Assembly (NCBI GenBank): GCA_013265495.1
Contig: MU057521.1
Span: forward strand, 1,810,335-1,874,334
Length of the DNA stretch: 64,000 bases
Origin: Vicugna vicugna
Lineage: Eukaryota
Reading direction: 5' to 3'
Below are positions 24,313 through 37,285 of this stretch, piece by piece (within the stretch, counting starts at the first letter, position 1; each line of letters begins with the position of its first letter). Position numbers and translations under genes: made by a program. The notes beneath the pieces were generated by a model, which was given only the letters and a program-made list of their open reading frames with translations, did no database searches and had not been told where the DNA came from.

Positions 24313-24819
24313 TAAAGGAAAGCCACCACAATGTGATAAATACTACTGAAGCAGGAGTGGAGAGAAAGAAGCTGAGTTTTGAGTGGCACGTTGGAAGGGA
24401 AACCTTCCCGGAAGAGGTTGGTCACGATGATGTGATGGCAGAATGGACTGTATTTCATTCATTCACTCCTCTGCCGTGCTCCAGACACTGTTCTGAGTTC
24501 TGGGACGAGAGCAGTGAATAAGGAAACCTGGATAGCATATGCCATTTTCCCGGCTGCCAGGGAACAACTGACACTCGTGTATTCACTTGTATCCCCACGT
24601 AACAATTAGAATAATGCTGGACTGACATGGCCAATGAATCCTGGTTAAATGAGGTAACAAATTACTGAATGATGTAACCTGTAAAATCCACATCCATGTG
24701 AATAGGCAAGTAGCCATGAGGATAAAGAGCATTTTCTGGACTTGAAGTGTAAAGAAATTTCTCCTCTAATCCAATGGCAACATATTTAGAGAAAATTTAG
24801 AAATAAACATCCCAGACAA

Positions 24820-26215
24820 GAAGGTCCTGGATTCCCGCTTAGCTCAATAACTGGGTACCCTTGATTGTTGCTACACTTCTCAATATTGCAGAAGTCTCAT
24901 CCATGAAATGTGAAAAACGGCAATACCTGTGGCATTGCTATAGGAAGCTATAGGAACCAGTTGAGATAGTGCTTTGTAAACTGTAGAGCCCTAAAGATGT
25001 TTTAATTATTTAACCTTAGGATTTTAACTAAACTTTGCCTATTACTTTTAGAATGATGGGAGCTTAGAACCTTGGAGTTTGTAGAATCCATCCTCTCATT
25101 TGATTAGAAGAGGAAACTGAGGGCCAGAGTGGGGCAGTGCAGTTACCCAAAATCACACAGCCAGGCTGTACAATTTGAGGCACCCATGTCTTCTGAGTTC
25201 AGTGCTCCTTCCTGTTCAACCCAGCTTGTCCCTTTTTGGTTTAGAGATTTCAGTTTAGAATCTTTTGGAAGTTTTGTAATTTAAAAGTGGAATTCTATCA
25301 CTTAGAAAAAAACCCAAAAAGCAAAAAACCTAGTCACACATGAAAGAACTCAAGATTTTGCATATCAGAAAGTCCTAAGGCCCAAGTGAGTAAGGTTAGC
25401 TCTTGAGTCCAACAGAATCTTCCATCTTATTTTAAGTTATGTGTCCACCCCTTATTTCTTAAGAGCAGAGCTGACACCAAAATGTGACTGCTTTACAAAT
25501 TACTGTAGTATGGGAAGCCAGCTGCTCTGGTTTCAGGAGACTATGCATGGATGTGTGTACTTAATACCATGCTGTGTTCTGGAAGGACTCAGGAAGAAGT
25601 TAAGTTACAGAAAGGGAATTACATCTTATAAAGGCTTTGGAATTCTTATTCAAAGAACTTTATTCCCAAAGCCGTGAGTGAATTTATATTTTAGAAGGTA
25701 ATGACAGAAGAACAGCTATTATTTATTGAATGCTTCTTTTGTGCCAGGTATTGTGCTAAAACCCTTCTGCACATTGGCTCACATAATCCCCTTAACAACC
25801 ATTTTCAAAATGAGAAAGCTAAGGCTCAGAAAGGTTAAGTGATTCTCTCAAGCCAGAGAGCAAGTAAGTTGTAAGCGTGAGATTTAAACCAAGGTAATGT
25901 AGTTCTAAAGCCTGTGTGTTTAGTCCTTATACCGTGTGGCATAGGAGAAAGCGTGTTGCTGAAGCACATGAGTTGAGCCTTAATAATGTAGCTGGAAGAA
26001 AACTAAGGGTGTTGGGATATTAATGCTCAAAATATACTAACTGGGTTGAACAGGAAGGAACATGGAACTCCAGAGACATGAATGTCTCAATATTGCACAG
26101 CCTGGCTGTGTGATCTTGGGTAACCTGGTGCCCCACTCTGGCCGTCAGTCTCCTCTTCTATCAAATGGGAACATGGATTCCATGAACTCCAAGGTTCTAA
26201 CTTTCCATCATTCTA
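24820..26215. mobile_element. Cluster of four MIR fragments (~24820-25000 +, 25050-25210 -, 25715-25935 -, 26090-26215 +)
   Basis: Core motifs gaggaaactgagggccagag, aaggctcagaaaggttaagtga, gctgtgtgatcttgggtaacc, gtgctttgtaaactgta. Confidence 0.7.
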
Positions 26216-27609
26216 AAAGTAATAGGCAAAATTTACTTACAATTGTAAGGATAATATTATTGAAATGTTTATAGGACTGGAAAATTATAAGACAGACATG
26301 ACTGTACTTAAAAAGTTGTTGGTTATATTGGCCTCTCGGCTGGAATTAGATGGCAGCATGCATCATTAAGAGAAAACCCTCTATTAACAAGGAAGATACA
26401 TATTAATCAAAAGCTTAGAGAAAGAAAGACTGAGAAAACTCCTTTCTCCAAGGAAAACCTGGCCATGGATGCTGATGTTATAAGGACAGTGCAGGGAATA
26501 ATATGCAAAACATCCAAAGATTTAAGATCCCATCAGGATTGGAAATGGTGGCTCCAGTCTCCACTGGCTCCCTCCAAAACCACTCAACAGAAGCACACAA
26601 CCTAAGTGTGCCAGATGCGCTCCTGAGCCTTCAAGATGAGTTTACCAGAGCTCCACGCCATCCCATGTCTCTCTGTTTTTAATTTCATATTTATACATTT
26701 ATGTCACACTATAATTCGATGTATTAGATAACATGTAACATATGTTATATATAACTCATAGATACTATTTCTGTTATCTTATAGAGGAACCACCTCAATC
26801 TGGTTGTGGAGGGTCCAGTGAGACCCATAGAAACCACATACTCAGGTAACCTATGCTTAAAGCCAATCATCTGAGGTGTCTCCTGGGTGACTTAATAACT
26901 TGCATCTTTTATTCAAATCACTTTAACAAATAATTGAGTCTTACCACAGTGCTGGGCACTTTGCCAGGCACGGTGAGCAATTTGGAGATGCTTTTGCTCT
27001 GGGTTGCTTATTGGGGATTAGATGGAAAGAACTTTCCATGACCTCTCTTCCCTCCGTGTCTTCTTAGACCTGCCTAAATTGGTAAGATTTGTACTCATTT
27101 GGGTTGTAGACAATAGCTGAGATTGCAGTATTCGTGTCTCAGGCTGGGATCTACAGAACTGTGAGGGTCCGAGGATGTGTTGGGGGCACGTAAGTTCTCT
27201 ACTATAGGTATTTTATTAATTCCGTATTTTCATTTTGTTGCTAACTTAAAAAAAAAAAACTTAATGGAAGGAAACCCAGGGTCATTTGATGGCCACTTTG
27301 AAAATAAATGCTGCTCCAGGAGTGAGGTGCCTGCATTCATGTTAAAAACTTTTTGTCTCCCAGGAGCATATATAATTGTCCTGGGCTATTGGATCAGGAC
27401 ACGGGGAATCTGGTAGAGGAGAGATCTTACTGGGTGAAACCCAGTGACACCACCTGGTGACATCCTGTCTTGTCCACAAAGGTTTCACACTAATTGAACA
27501 GAGAAAAAGGGAGGCAACCAAGGAATAAGGATATGCCAGAAGGAATGCGACAGCAAGGAAACTGCTGCCCCGGCAATCAGTGCTCTGCCCACGGAGAGCA
27601 GCCGCTTAG

Positions 27610-27855
27610 CTTCAGCAAACAATGTCAACAGTTGTGTTAACTAAAATTTTAATTTTGTTGGTTTTGTTGTTTATTTCTGGTTTGTATATCTGTCTTTATA
27701 AGTCAGTGTATAAGGGCTGTGGGTATGAAGGATTAACTATGGAATTTTGTGTTTGTAAGTAACATTACTGTGGCAATAATTTGAACCAACACAGGGATCA
27801 ATGAGATACTTTCCCTTTAAAGGATCCAAATGTTGCTCAAGCTTAAAAACATACG
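27610..27855 (+). mobile_element. Charlie-family hAT terminal fragment
   Basis: taagtaacattactgt..ataatttgaaccaacacagggatc..tttaaaggatcc..gctcaagcttaaaaaca resembles a Charlie7-type 3' end. Confidence 0.5.
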
Positions 27856-27981
27856 GGAGGCTAGAAAGGGGGCACTTAGTCCCACGCGGCCCCAGAGGCA
27901 GGTTCCTTATTAACAGAAGCTCAGGGGAGTAAGGCAGAAAAACTGTCCTGTATTCTATCAAGCAATCTGAGTCCGCTGGAA

Positions 27982-29345
27982 CATTGGATTTCAAAATGTT
28001 TTCTTGGGGCTTATGTAATAATTAAAACAAAACAAAACTAGATACTCCTCACACATGCTTTGGTTGACGTTTAAATTTTTCACTATAAGCTACCATAGTC
28101 AGAAAAGAAGTACTTACTAGTGCGCTGTAAATATTGGCATTTGAAAAACAAACTGGATCAGAACTCTTAAACATATGTGATGGAGTCTAAGTGACACAAG
28201 AGTTGAAAATCTCCATCATTCATTTAGAAACGGATGTGAACACTGCTCTTGTTTAATGCTTGGAATGTCCGTGTCCTTCCCTTTTTCTTCTCGAACCCAT
28301 GTTTCCATTCTACTTCTCCCGTGGAATTTTATCCCAGTGTAAAATCTGTATGCTTCAAAGGAGTAACTGATCACCCGATTGTGCTTCTCTGCCACAGATG
28401 TACGCATTCAAATTGGAATTTTTAACTGTTTAAATTTCCAGTGACCCTAAGGCACTAAGAATTCATTTTTATCTGGATTGAGTTATTGCTACAATTATTA
28501 TTAGTTCACAGTTGATCAAAACAACATAAATATATTGCAAATGTTGATATATAATTGTTACACGTAAAAGTAAAATGTTACTGGAAACGCTTCTCTTAAA
28601 GAAATGGATTCATCCATAGATGAAGATTACTGATTGTTAGAGTAAGACAGGGTTCAGCTTCAATTATCTTCCTACTTTTCATTTTTACACATATAAGTTC
28701 TACAACTTTCTGTTCCCATAAATAAACAGTAAGCATTTTGTTACAGGAAGGGCACTCAGTTCTTTGAACTCCTTCCAAGAGATATTTCAAAACTCACATA
28801 CTAATCTATCTTCAAAAATTATTTTTATTAATCTATCAGCTGACAGCTGAATTAGATCCTCCCTTGCTTTTATTAAAAGCCAAAAAATAAAAAATAAAAA
28901 CCAAGGAAACCATTTAATTTACAAAAATATTTATTATCCACTCATTAGAGTTATTTAGTTTCTCAACTTTGGGAAAATATAACCAAAAAGGCTCTGTTAA
29001 GACTTAGTAAATGATGATTAATTATACCTATCTGTCACTTAGGCATTTTATTTCACCCAGTATTACCAGAAAGATTTAGGAAAATCTAAATACTGTTAAT
29101 TTCAGTATGCCTTTACTAATAAGACATTTTTGATAAAATGCTATTTCCTTACCAAGAACTTTAAATCTATTTTATTCAAACATTGGAGTGATCATTTAGT
29201 TCATTTAATTTTTGGAAATTGGCTGTCATATAAGTGAATTTAAAAAGTCAGTTCTCTATTGTCTAGTCAGTCAACCAAATTAGACTTATGCTTCCTGTTA
29301 GAGTCTGCCTTCCTTTCTCAATTCAAGTGAATGTGTTAATCTGTG
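27982..29345 (-). mobile_element. Charlie2-type hAT DNA transposon: decayed transposase C-terminus, 3' region and TIR
   Basis: The minus strand gives remnants EDLIQLSADR..KIIFEDR and YLWEQ...KMKSRKIIEAEPCLTLTISN (hAT dimerisation-domain pattern YLCEQGFS..KNRNRIDAEPCL). A TIR-like cattggatttcaaa starts at 27982. Confidence 0.8.
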
Positions 29346-30183
29346 TCTCTGGGATAACTTCTCACTTCACAGAGAGCAATGGAGAGAATGCATAGAGCCT
29401 ACCCCGCTGTCCAGGTTTCCCCTCTGCTTTGCTTTCTCTCCAGAGGCAAGTGCTTTGTCCGTAGTAAGGGGATCTAGAAGGAGAGGTCTTTAGAAAAGTC
29501 CGAACACCTGACTTGGACTAAAAACCTCAACTCTGAAGCTATGCTTCCCTTTAACAGAAATATGTGTAGACGGCAAGTTTATGATGCTTGATTAAGCACC
29601 AATATGTCACGTTGCCCTTGGTTTGGAACTCTGATTCTTACATTCTGAGACATCTTGAGAAGCGTGCTTTTCTTCTGTAAAGAGGGAGAAGAGCATTTGG
29701 AAAGGGAGGTTGGCACAGGAGACCAGGTCCTTTCTCAGAGAAGATCAGAACCAGGCAGATCTCCAAGGTTGTTGGGGGTCTGGAAATCCATTTGCGTTAA
29801 CCCAGCTCTGGAGTGTCTACTGCTCAGAGGCCTGAAGACTTTCAAGAAGAGGTACAAAGAGCTGGGTTAATGAAAAATCCATGCGCCAGATCCCCAACTT
29901 CCTTGGGAGTCTTCCTGATATTGATCTACCTGACAGAGTTCCTACCACCCAGAAGGCTTGAAGACGGCCCTTCTGTCATCCTGTAGAGTTTATGGGTGAG
30001 CCCAGAGGCTCCAGACCCTTCTTCCATGCTACCCAGCCCATACCCTCTCCAACCACATGCCCAAGCTTGGGAACAATCAGGTCCACGGTGCCTTTGAAGA
30101 TGCATTGAGGGGTACAAGTTAGGGCCAAAATGGTTTAAAATATACTTTTGTTTCTAGTAGACAATGAGTCTACTGAAATAGTA

Positions 30184-30646
30184 CAGGCAGACCTTGGAGA
30201 TATTGCTGGTTTGGTTTCAGACTACTGCAAAAAAGCAAGTATCAAAATAAATTGAGTTACATGAATTTTTTGGTTTCCATTGCATGTGAAAATTATGTTT
30301 ACAATATACTGTAGTCTTAAGTGTGCACTAGCATTATGTCTAAAAAGATATACACACCTTAATTGAAGAATATTTTATTGTTAAAAAATGCTAATCATCA
30401 TCTGAGCCTTAAGTGACTCTTAGTAATAACACTGAAGATCACTGATCACAATCACCATTACAAATATGATAATGAAAAAAGTTAGAAATATTGAGAGCAT
30501 TAACAAAATGTGGCACAGAGATACAAAGTGAGCAAATGGTGTTGGAAAAAAGGCACTGACAGATTTGCTAAAGGCAGGGCTGCCACAAACCTTCAATTTG
30601 TGAAAAACGGAGTATCTGTGAAGCGCAGTAAAATGAGGTATGCCTG
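30184..30646 (-). mobile_element. Tigger1 internal-deletion derivative (MITE)
   Basis: TIRs caggcagacct... / ...gaggtatgcctg flanked by TA on both sides; both Tigger1 ends joined in 463 bp. Confidence 0.9.
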
Positions 30647-33600
30647 TACTGCAGATTTTGGGTCAGCCTAAAAAAAGTTCCAGGTAATTATTGGTCAAGT
30701 TTCTAACCCAAATTGTGGAGAAAGACTCTGCTGGATTCACACGTCAGTGGTTTTGTAAGTTGGCATGAAAACCCAGCAGTCAAGAAAAGCGGCCAATCAA
30801 GTAACACTGGGAAGACAGCTCAGTCCACTTCCAGCGGTCTTTAAAACAGAACAAGGATGCAAAGGACCCACGGAACACACTTCTCCTGGAGCAGAGGTGA
30901 GAGCACTTCTCCCAGGAGGGCTGTGCTTGAGGTGTATTTCGGCAGGAATGAAGACACCCAAGAATCACTCCAGGTGCCCTTGAGCTCAACAGCCAAGGGC
31001 AATCAGGTTGTCGTGAACCAGCTTGGAGGGCAGGGTGTGGGAATCTGTAGGAGGCAAAAGAAAAGAAAATAACGTGCATGTCAAATTTCCGTGTCTCAGT
31101 GCTTCTGAAATAGGTGGAAATTACAGCTCCAGTCCCTTCACCATGGGAACATCTGGGATATAAGTACTTCTGTGCATATTAAGGGGGACTATTTATAGTT
31201 TTCTACGAATGTTCGAGAAGGCAATTATGTAAAGCACTGCTGTATTATTAGGTATTTGAAAAATACTAGGCTTGTAGTAACTGTTTGCAAAGATCTAAAA
31301 GCAATTCAGACATCCATGGATCTGCCTCCTCCGAGTCGGAAAGCACTGGTTTATTTTCCCAGTGCAGTAACACCACCAAACTCTAGGTAAAGTCTCTGCT
31401 GACAGCAACCAAGTGATGTCACCAGGCCTGTCTGCCCTGCTGAAGTCATGTTTGTGCTGGTTCTACGTGTATGGGGAGCCAGAGGAAAACATGAGCTCCA
31501 GTCACTTGTGGGGCGATTTGGAAAACTCCTGGCACATAAAGGTGGCTGTTTGAACTGAGAGGAAGGCCTCTCACCTCCTCTGCGGGGCTCAGCCAACTGT
31601 GGGATGAGGAGGAGAGCCCCGTTCAGGTGTTTCGTCTACAGCCTGTCCCAGGTTTGCATGGCTCCTGAAAAGGAACAGGATGGGGCAGGGTGTCCAGGGT
31701 ACTACAGGACAGAGGGATGATTTGGACAAATTTACAAATCAGAGCTTGTTTTACATATGGTTTTGTCACAATTTTCTAGACCTTTCGCTACAATGGAGGT
31801 GTACTTTACAGCTCTTACCAACTTACCCCTCTACTGCGGCTTAATGAAGTGTTTCCCAGCTCTTTAAAATAGGAATATGAATCTTGATCTCATGGAGAAT
31901 ATGAGCATGCAATCCTGAGTAACCTTCAAATTACATAATGAGTAGCTGCTACAGAGAAGAAACTAAGTTCAAAAGTAAAACTGTAGAGCCATAGAAGAGA
32001 CCTTTATAGAGGAGAAAGATGGTCTAAATCCTGTTGACTTAATAATGAAACAGAAAAATCTAGGAGTGAGAGGAGGGTTACAGGGCTATTAGGAGACTGA
32101 TAGTCAGAGTGACAATTAAACCAGTGGCTAGTGAAGGAAAGGAGGGGCACCCCTTCTGCTGCTGCAGGGACGAGGAACTAGAAAATCAAGAATGACGCTT
32201 GGAGGTGGCTTCTAATGCAGCCTACCCAAGCATGTGATTTAATTTCATCTTGAACCACCCAAATCCTCTCTTGAATATTAGGTTCCACTGACTGGTATTG
32301 TTTGTGGAATTCTTGTTTTTGTCCATGAAAGAGGAAGAAAATTACAAAGGCCAAAAGTAATTACATTTTAAATGAAATTAAGCCACCAATTCTTAAATGG
32401 GTCTCCATAACATCTATGCACAATTTCTTAAATGCTTAACTCTCATCCCCCCAAATTCTACTTCTTCATTTTAGCAGTTGAGGATTAAGTGACCAACTGG
32501 CTGTTAATATTTTTGCAAATTGGAAATATGATTCAAAACATTTAAAATACAGCCACGTCCTAAATTAAGCAGAAATGAAGTTAAATGTCTTAGAAGAACT
32601 AGTGTTTGGTATTCACAATGTCAAAATGAACCTGAGTGCCAGCATCCTGGGCTGGCCTTCCCTCCAACTGGCAAATAGAGCCCAGACGATTGAAGGCGGT
32701 GAATGCTGACAGATTCAAGGCTGAGACTGATGGTGTCCTCCTTCCTGTGGTGCCTCATGTCTTTCCTAAGAATAGATAACCCCTCCTCATGCCAGAAACA
32801 CAAAACCCAACTTTCCACCTTCCAAACCTGGAGCCTGGACTTTCCCCTTTCAAACGTGTAAACAGAGAATGACAAGGGCAGAGAGAAGAGAGGGCCGCTT
32901 CTTTATTGTAGCCTAATGAACGAGTCTCCCAGTGAGAAGAGGATTCCCCAGGAAAAAGTCGCCTCAAGGGTCCCACTTAATAGTAAATTACTGCTTTAGT
33001 GTATTACATTGTACCCTGGAGGTTGGAAGGAATTATGGAAAACTGCCTGCTTTACTTTTACAAAGTGATTTACACACAGGGGTGTAATCTGTCTCAATAA
33101 ATCTGAAGCGTCTACAAAACAAGCCACTCCTAAGGTAAGACAGAGCAAGGCGATTTCAATTATGTAGTTATTTACCACTGCTCCGTTCAGCTTCCCTCAG
33201 AGTCAACGGCAGAGAGAATGAACACAGGCCTCTTTAATTCATTCTGTCACACGAAGACCATTTTCTCATGTGGTATACAAAAACAGGGGGAAGTGCAGTT
33301 AAAAGAATCTCTCTCCCACCCTCCCTCCCTCCCTTCCTGCTCTCTCTCCGAAGCACAGTCCTGAGATGCTTTGAGGTTTGTATGTTCTGAGACACTGCTG
33401 GGGGGTTTACAAAGGACATGAAGCTCTTGGGCCCACAAACGACAGAACAAAGGATGTCTCTCCTTCAACAGGACTGCTCATCATTCACATTTATCTGCCT
33501 GTCTTTTGGTTCTGCAGTTGGATTCACAACTGAAAGGTGAATCTCAAGTTCAATTAGTCGGACAGCTCATTACCTTGAAAACAGAAATGGCAGCTGCAAA

Positions 33601-34196
33601 CAGATTTTCAATAAAGTCTGTCTTCTCTGACTTCATGTAGGAGTCTGAGTTCACAAAACTCTTTTCAAATTTAATATTTATTGAGGTCATTTCCCCAAAG
33701 AGCTTTTGCTAAAGTTGCTGCTGCCAGAAGCTGAAAAATATAGTTCACTTAAAAGCAGTTTTATTTATACAACTTGAGCATATTTATGTTATGATCATTG
33801 ACTGAATGTTCAGCCCATTTTCTTATCAACATTGCATCTCCCCAAAATGAGAAGCAGTGATAAGGAGCTGTGTGGACTGAAAGATCCATCAAGTGTGACA
33901 GAACTAGGTCTGCATTTATGGGGAGATGCTGTAAGTCTGGAAAAGGCTGCCCAAACAGAAAACATCCCCTCTATCTGGTTGATCGTAATAAAGCTGTGAT
34001 CAAATTCAAAGTCAAAGACACACACACTCAAACTTATTTAGACAAATTAGTTCTCTTCCTGAAAACCGTTTTATAAGCCTGAAACTTCAGCAAAGAAAAA
34101 GATTCTAACCATTTCAAAGTACAGTTAAAAAAAAACTTCTTTCCCTCCCCCACCCCATAATTCTTCTAACACAAAGATGAAAACACCAGCAAGACT

Positions 34197-37100
34197 GAGG
34201 TGACAAAGTAGGAGATCCCAGCCTCAGTTTACTCACAAAGATCAATAATTAGATATCCACAGACAAAGACAGCTCTGGGAGGGCTCAGGGATTCACTTAA
34301 GAAACTTCAGCCACACAGTGGGAAAATGCACCCAAGGATAACCTCACCAAATGGGAAGGAAGAACCATCCATCCCCCACGCCCAGTGCCCAGAGGGAGCT
34401 CCCCGCGAGAAAGAGTTCCTCTTGTCGGGAAAGGCAGAGCGGGTGAGTGAGCGGCCTCCCCAGCTTTTCAGGGCACCACACAAATGTTCTGCCCTGGTTT
34501 CACCTGACCCAGAAACCAGCCAAGCTGCGACTTACAGAGACGGCTAGGATCAAGGGAGAAGAGCAGGGTCTACTGGAAGGGACCACAGTTCCCTGTGACC
34601 TGCTCTGCAGAGGCTCCCAGTGGCTTTTGCCACAGAGGAGACCAACGACCAGCACAGCCGTCAAGACCCTCTGCAGATTTCACAAGTTTTACCCCACAGG
34701 TATTCACGTTCACAGATGCTGGAAGACTGAATCCTCCCTGCTCACGCTCTACCCTACCCCTGTTTGAGCCCCTGGATCTGTACCGGTGGCCAGCCCAGGT
34801 CTCTGTCGCTGCATGAGTACGAGACGCCAGCCTAGACCCCCGTGGCTGACCCCCACCATTGTGTACACACTTGGAGCTAGCCCTTCCAGCTGTGTACCTG
34901 CACCCTGCTGGCCTGACCCTGTCACTGGTCTCCACTGTGGGGAGACCTTATAGCCACAGCAGTGCATGGTGACAGCCAGGGCCTCCATCACCACCTGAGG
35001 GCCCAGGTCTGTCCCTGTCCCCTGCCACTGGCCTGCACCACTGGGCTCACTGGCAGCTGGCCCCTCCAGCTATGCACCTGTGTGCCCCTGGTCCAATTCC
35101 TGTCACTGGCATCCACTGTCACGCACCCATGGCAAGACCCTGCCATCATAGGAGTGCATGCCAACAGCCAGGGCCCCTGCAGCTCCAGCCCTGTCTCCCA
35201 TCACTGGTCCAGACTGCTGAACTTGCTTGCAGCCAGGCCCTGCTGCTGTGAACGTGCCTGTGGCAGCTGCAGGAGTGCATGCTGACAGCCAGGACCCTCA
35301 CAGCTGCCAGTGTGCCCGCAGGTGGTCCCGGCCCTTGCTACTAGACCTGGCCCCCACCACTGCGTGTGTGTCTGCAACCAGTCCCTGCTGCTACACAAGC
35401 CCCTGCAGCTGAGTGTGCGAATACTCACACTCTGGCCACCACAGCTGCCCGCCCTGGTCCTTAGCTGCTGGACCTGGAGGTGCCACTGAGGACCCTAACA
35501 GCCCTTGCAGCCACTGTGGACCCTCTGAAGTGCTCACCAAGGACCACACAGTTTTTGATACTCTGGAACCCAGTGGCCAAGCCAGTAAGACATCATGCTC
35601 CCTGGACCCAGAGCCACCACACACCCCTGCACTTGGTGCCCTTCACCACTAGACCCAGGGGCACAGCACGCTCCAGTGTGCCTTCATCTGCAGCAGATGA
35701 AGGTCTTTCCTTCCTGAAGTTAGTCCATAAAGGCTGGAGGAGGTGACTGATTCTTCAAGTGACCAGATACCTGCACAAGACTGCAGGCATCACAAAGATC
35801 AGGGAAACATGATATCACCAAAGGAACACAGTAAATTTCCAGTAACTGACCCCCAGAAATAGAGATGCAGGATTTACCTAACAAAGAATGCAAAATAATG
35901 GTTCTAAAGATGCCCGGAGAGCTACAAGAGAAACAGCTTAATGAACAATTTCGTTAAATCAGGAAAACAATACAAGAACCATGTGAGAAGTTCAACAAAG
36001 AGACAGAAAACAAAAAAGAACCAAACATAAATTTAGGGACTGAAGAATACAATAACTGAACTCAGTAGAAAGCTTCACAGGAGACTGGACCAAGCAGAAG
36101 AAAGAATCAGTGAATTTAAAGACAAATCACTTGAAATTATCCTGTCAGGGGAGCAAATAAAAGAAAGAATGAAAAGGAATAAAGAAAATCTACAGGACTA
36201 ATGAGACACCATTAAAAGAAACAATCTACACATCACTGGAATCCCAGAATGAGAAGAGAGGAAGAAGGAGGCAGAAAGGTTATTTAAAGAAATAATAGCC
36301 AAGAACTTCCCAAACCTAGGAGGAGATTTGAACATCCAAGTTCATGAAGCTAGGAGGTCACCCCATAATTTCAATCCAAAATGATTTTCTCAAGACATGT
36401 TATAATAAAACTGTTTAAAATCCAAGATAAGGAGAATTTTAAAAGCAACAAGAGAAAAACAATTTTTCTCATACAAGGGAACTTCCATAAGACTATAGGT
36501 GGATTTCTCAACAGAAACCTTGCAGGCTAGGAGAGGAAGATGATCTATTTAAGTGCTGAAAGAAAAAAAAAACTGCTAACCAAGAATACTTTAGCCAACA
36601 AAGTTGTCCTTCAGGAATGAAGGTGAAGGAGGGAGGATATAGCTCAGTGATACAGCACGTACTTAGCATGCACGAGGTCCTGGGTTCAATCCCTAGTACC
36701 TCCATTTAAAAAAAATGAAGGTGCGATAAAGACTTTCCCAAATAGACAAAAGCTGAGGGAGTTCATCACCACTAAACCTGCCTCACAAGAAATGCTGAAA
36801 GGAGTTCTTCAAGCTAAAATGAAAGGACACTAATTAGTAACATGAAAATATACGAAAATACACAACACACTGGTAAAGTAAGTATATAGTCAGATTCAGA
36901 ATGCTCTAATACTGTAATATAGTAGTGTGTTAACCGCTTAACTCTAGTATAAAGGTTAAAAGCAGAAAGGATTAAGAATAGCTACAGTCAAAATACTTTG
37001 TTAATGGACACGTAATATAAAAAGATGAAATTGTGTGTGGGGAGTAAAAGGGTGGAGTTTTTGTATGCAGTGGAAGTTCAGTTACTATCAGCTTGAAACA

Positions 37101-37285
37101 GACCGTTCTATCGCTTAAGATGTTGCAAGGAAGCCTCAGGGTAACCACAAAACAAAACCCTTTGGTAGGTACACACAAGAGAAAGAGAAAGGAATCAAAG
37201 TATAGCACTGTGGAAAACCATCAGCTTACAGAGGAAGAAAGGAACTACAAAACAGCCAGAAGACAGTTAGCAAGATGGCAGGAGT
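34197..37285 (+). mobile_element. LINE-1 (L1M2-like): 5' UTR, decayed ORF1 (~35809-36850), inter-ORF and first codons of ORF2; 3' part missing
   Basis: atgatatcaccaaaggaacac...ccagtaactgaccccc, gactggaccaagcagaagaaagaatcagtgaa, aaagctgagggagttcatcaccactaaacctgcc; it ends at aagatggcaggagt. Confidence 0.9.
36626..36713 (+). mobile_element. Short vic-1-type SINE (tRNA part plus A-tail only) inside L1 ORF1
   Basis: gatatagctcagtga...cttagcatgcacgaggtcctgggttcaatccctagtacctcc; TSD aatgaaggtg (36616-36625 / 36714-36723). Confidence 0.9.

Noticed and set aside
28216..28407. 63-aa ATG-initiated ORF
   Set aside because: Lies in the non-coding 3' portion of the Charlie2-like transposon.
34326..35746. 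Dense stack of overlapping ORFs on both strands
   Set aside because: GC-rich, stop-poor L1 5' UTR repeats; no coding signature.
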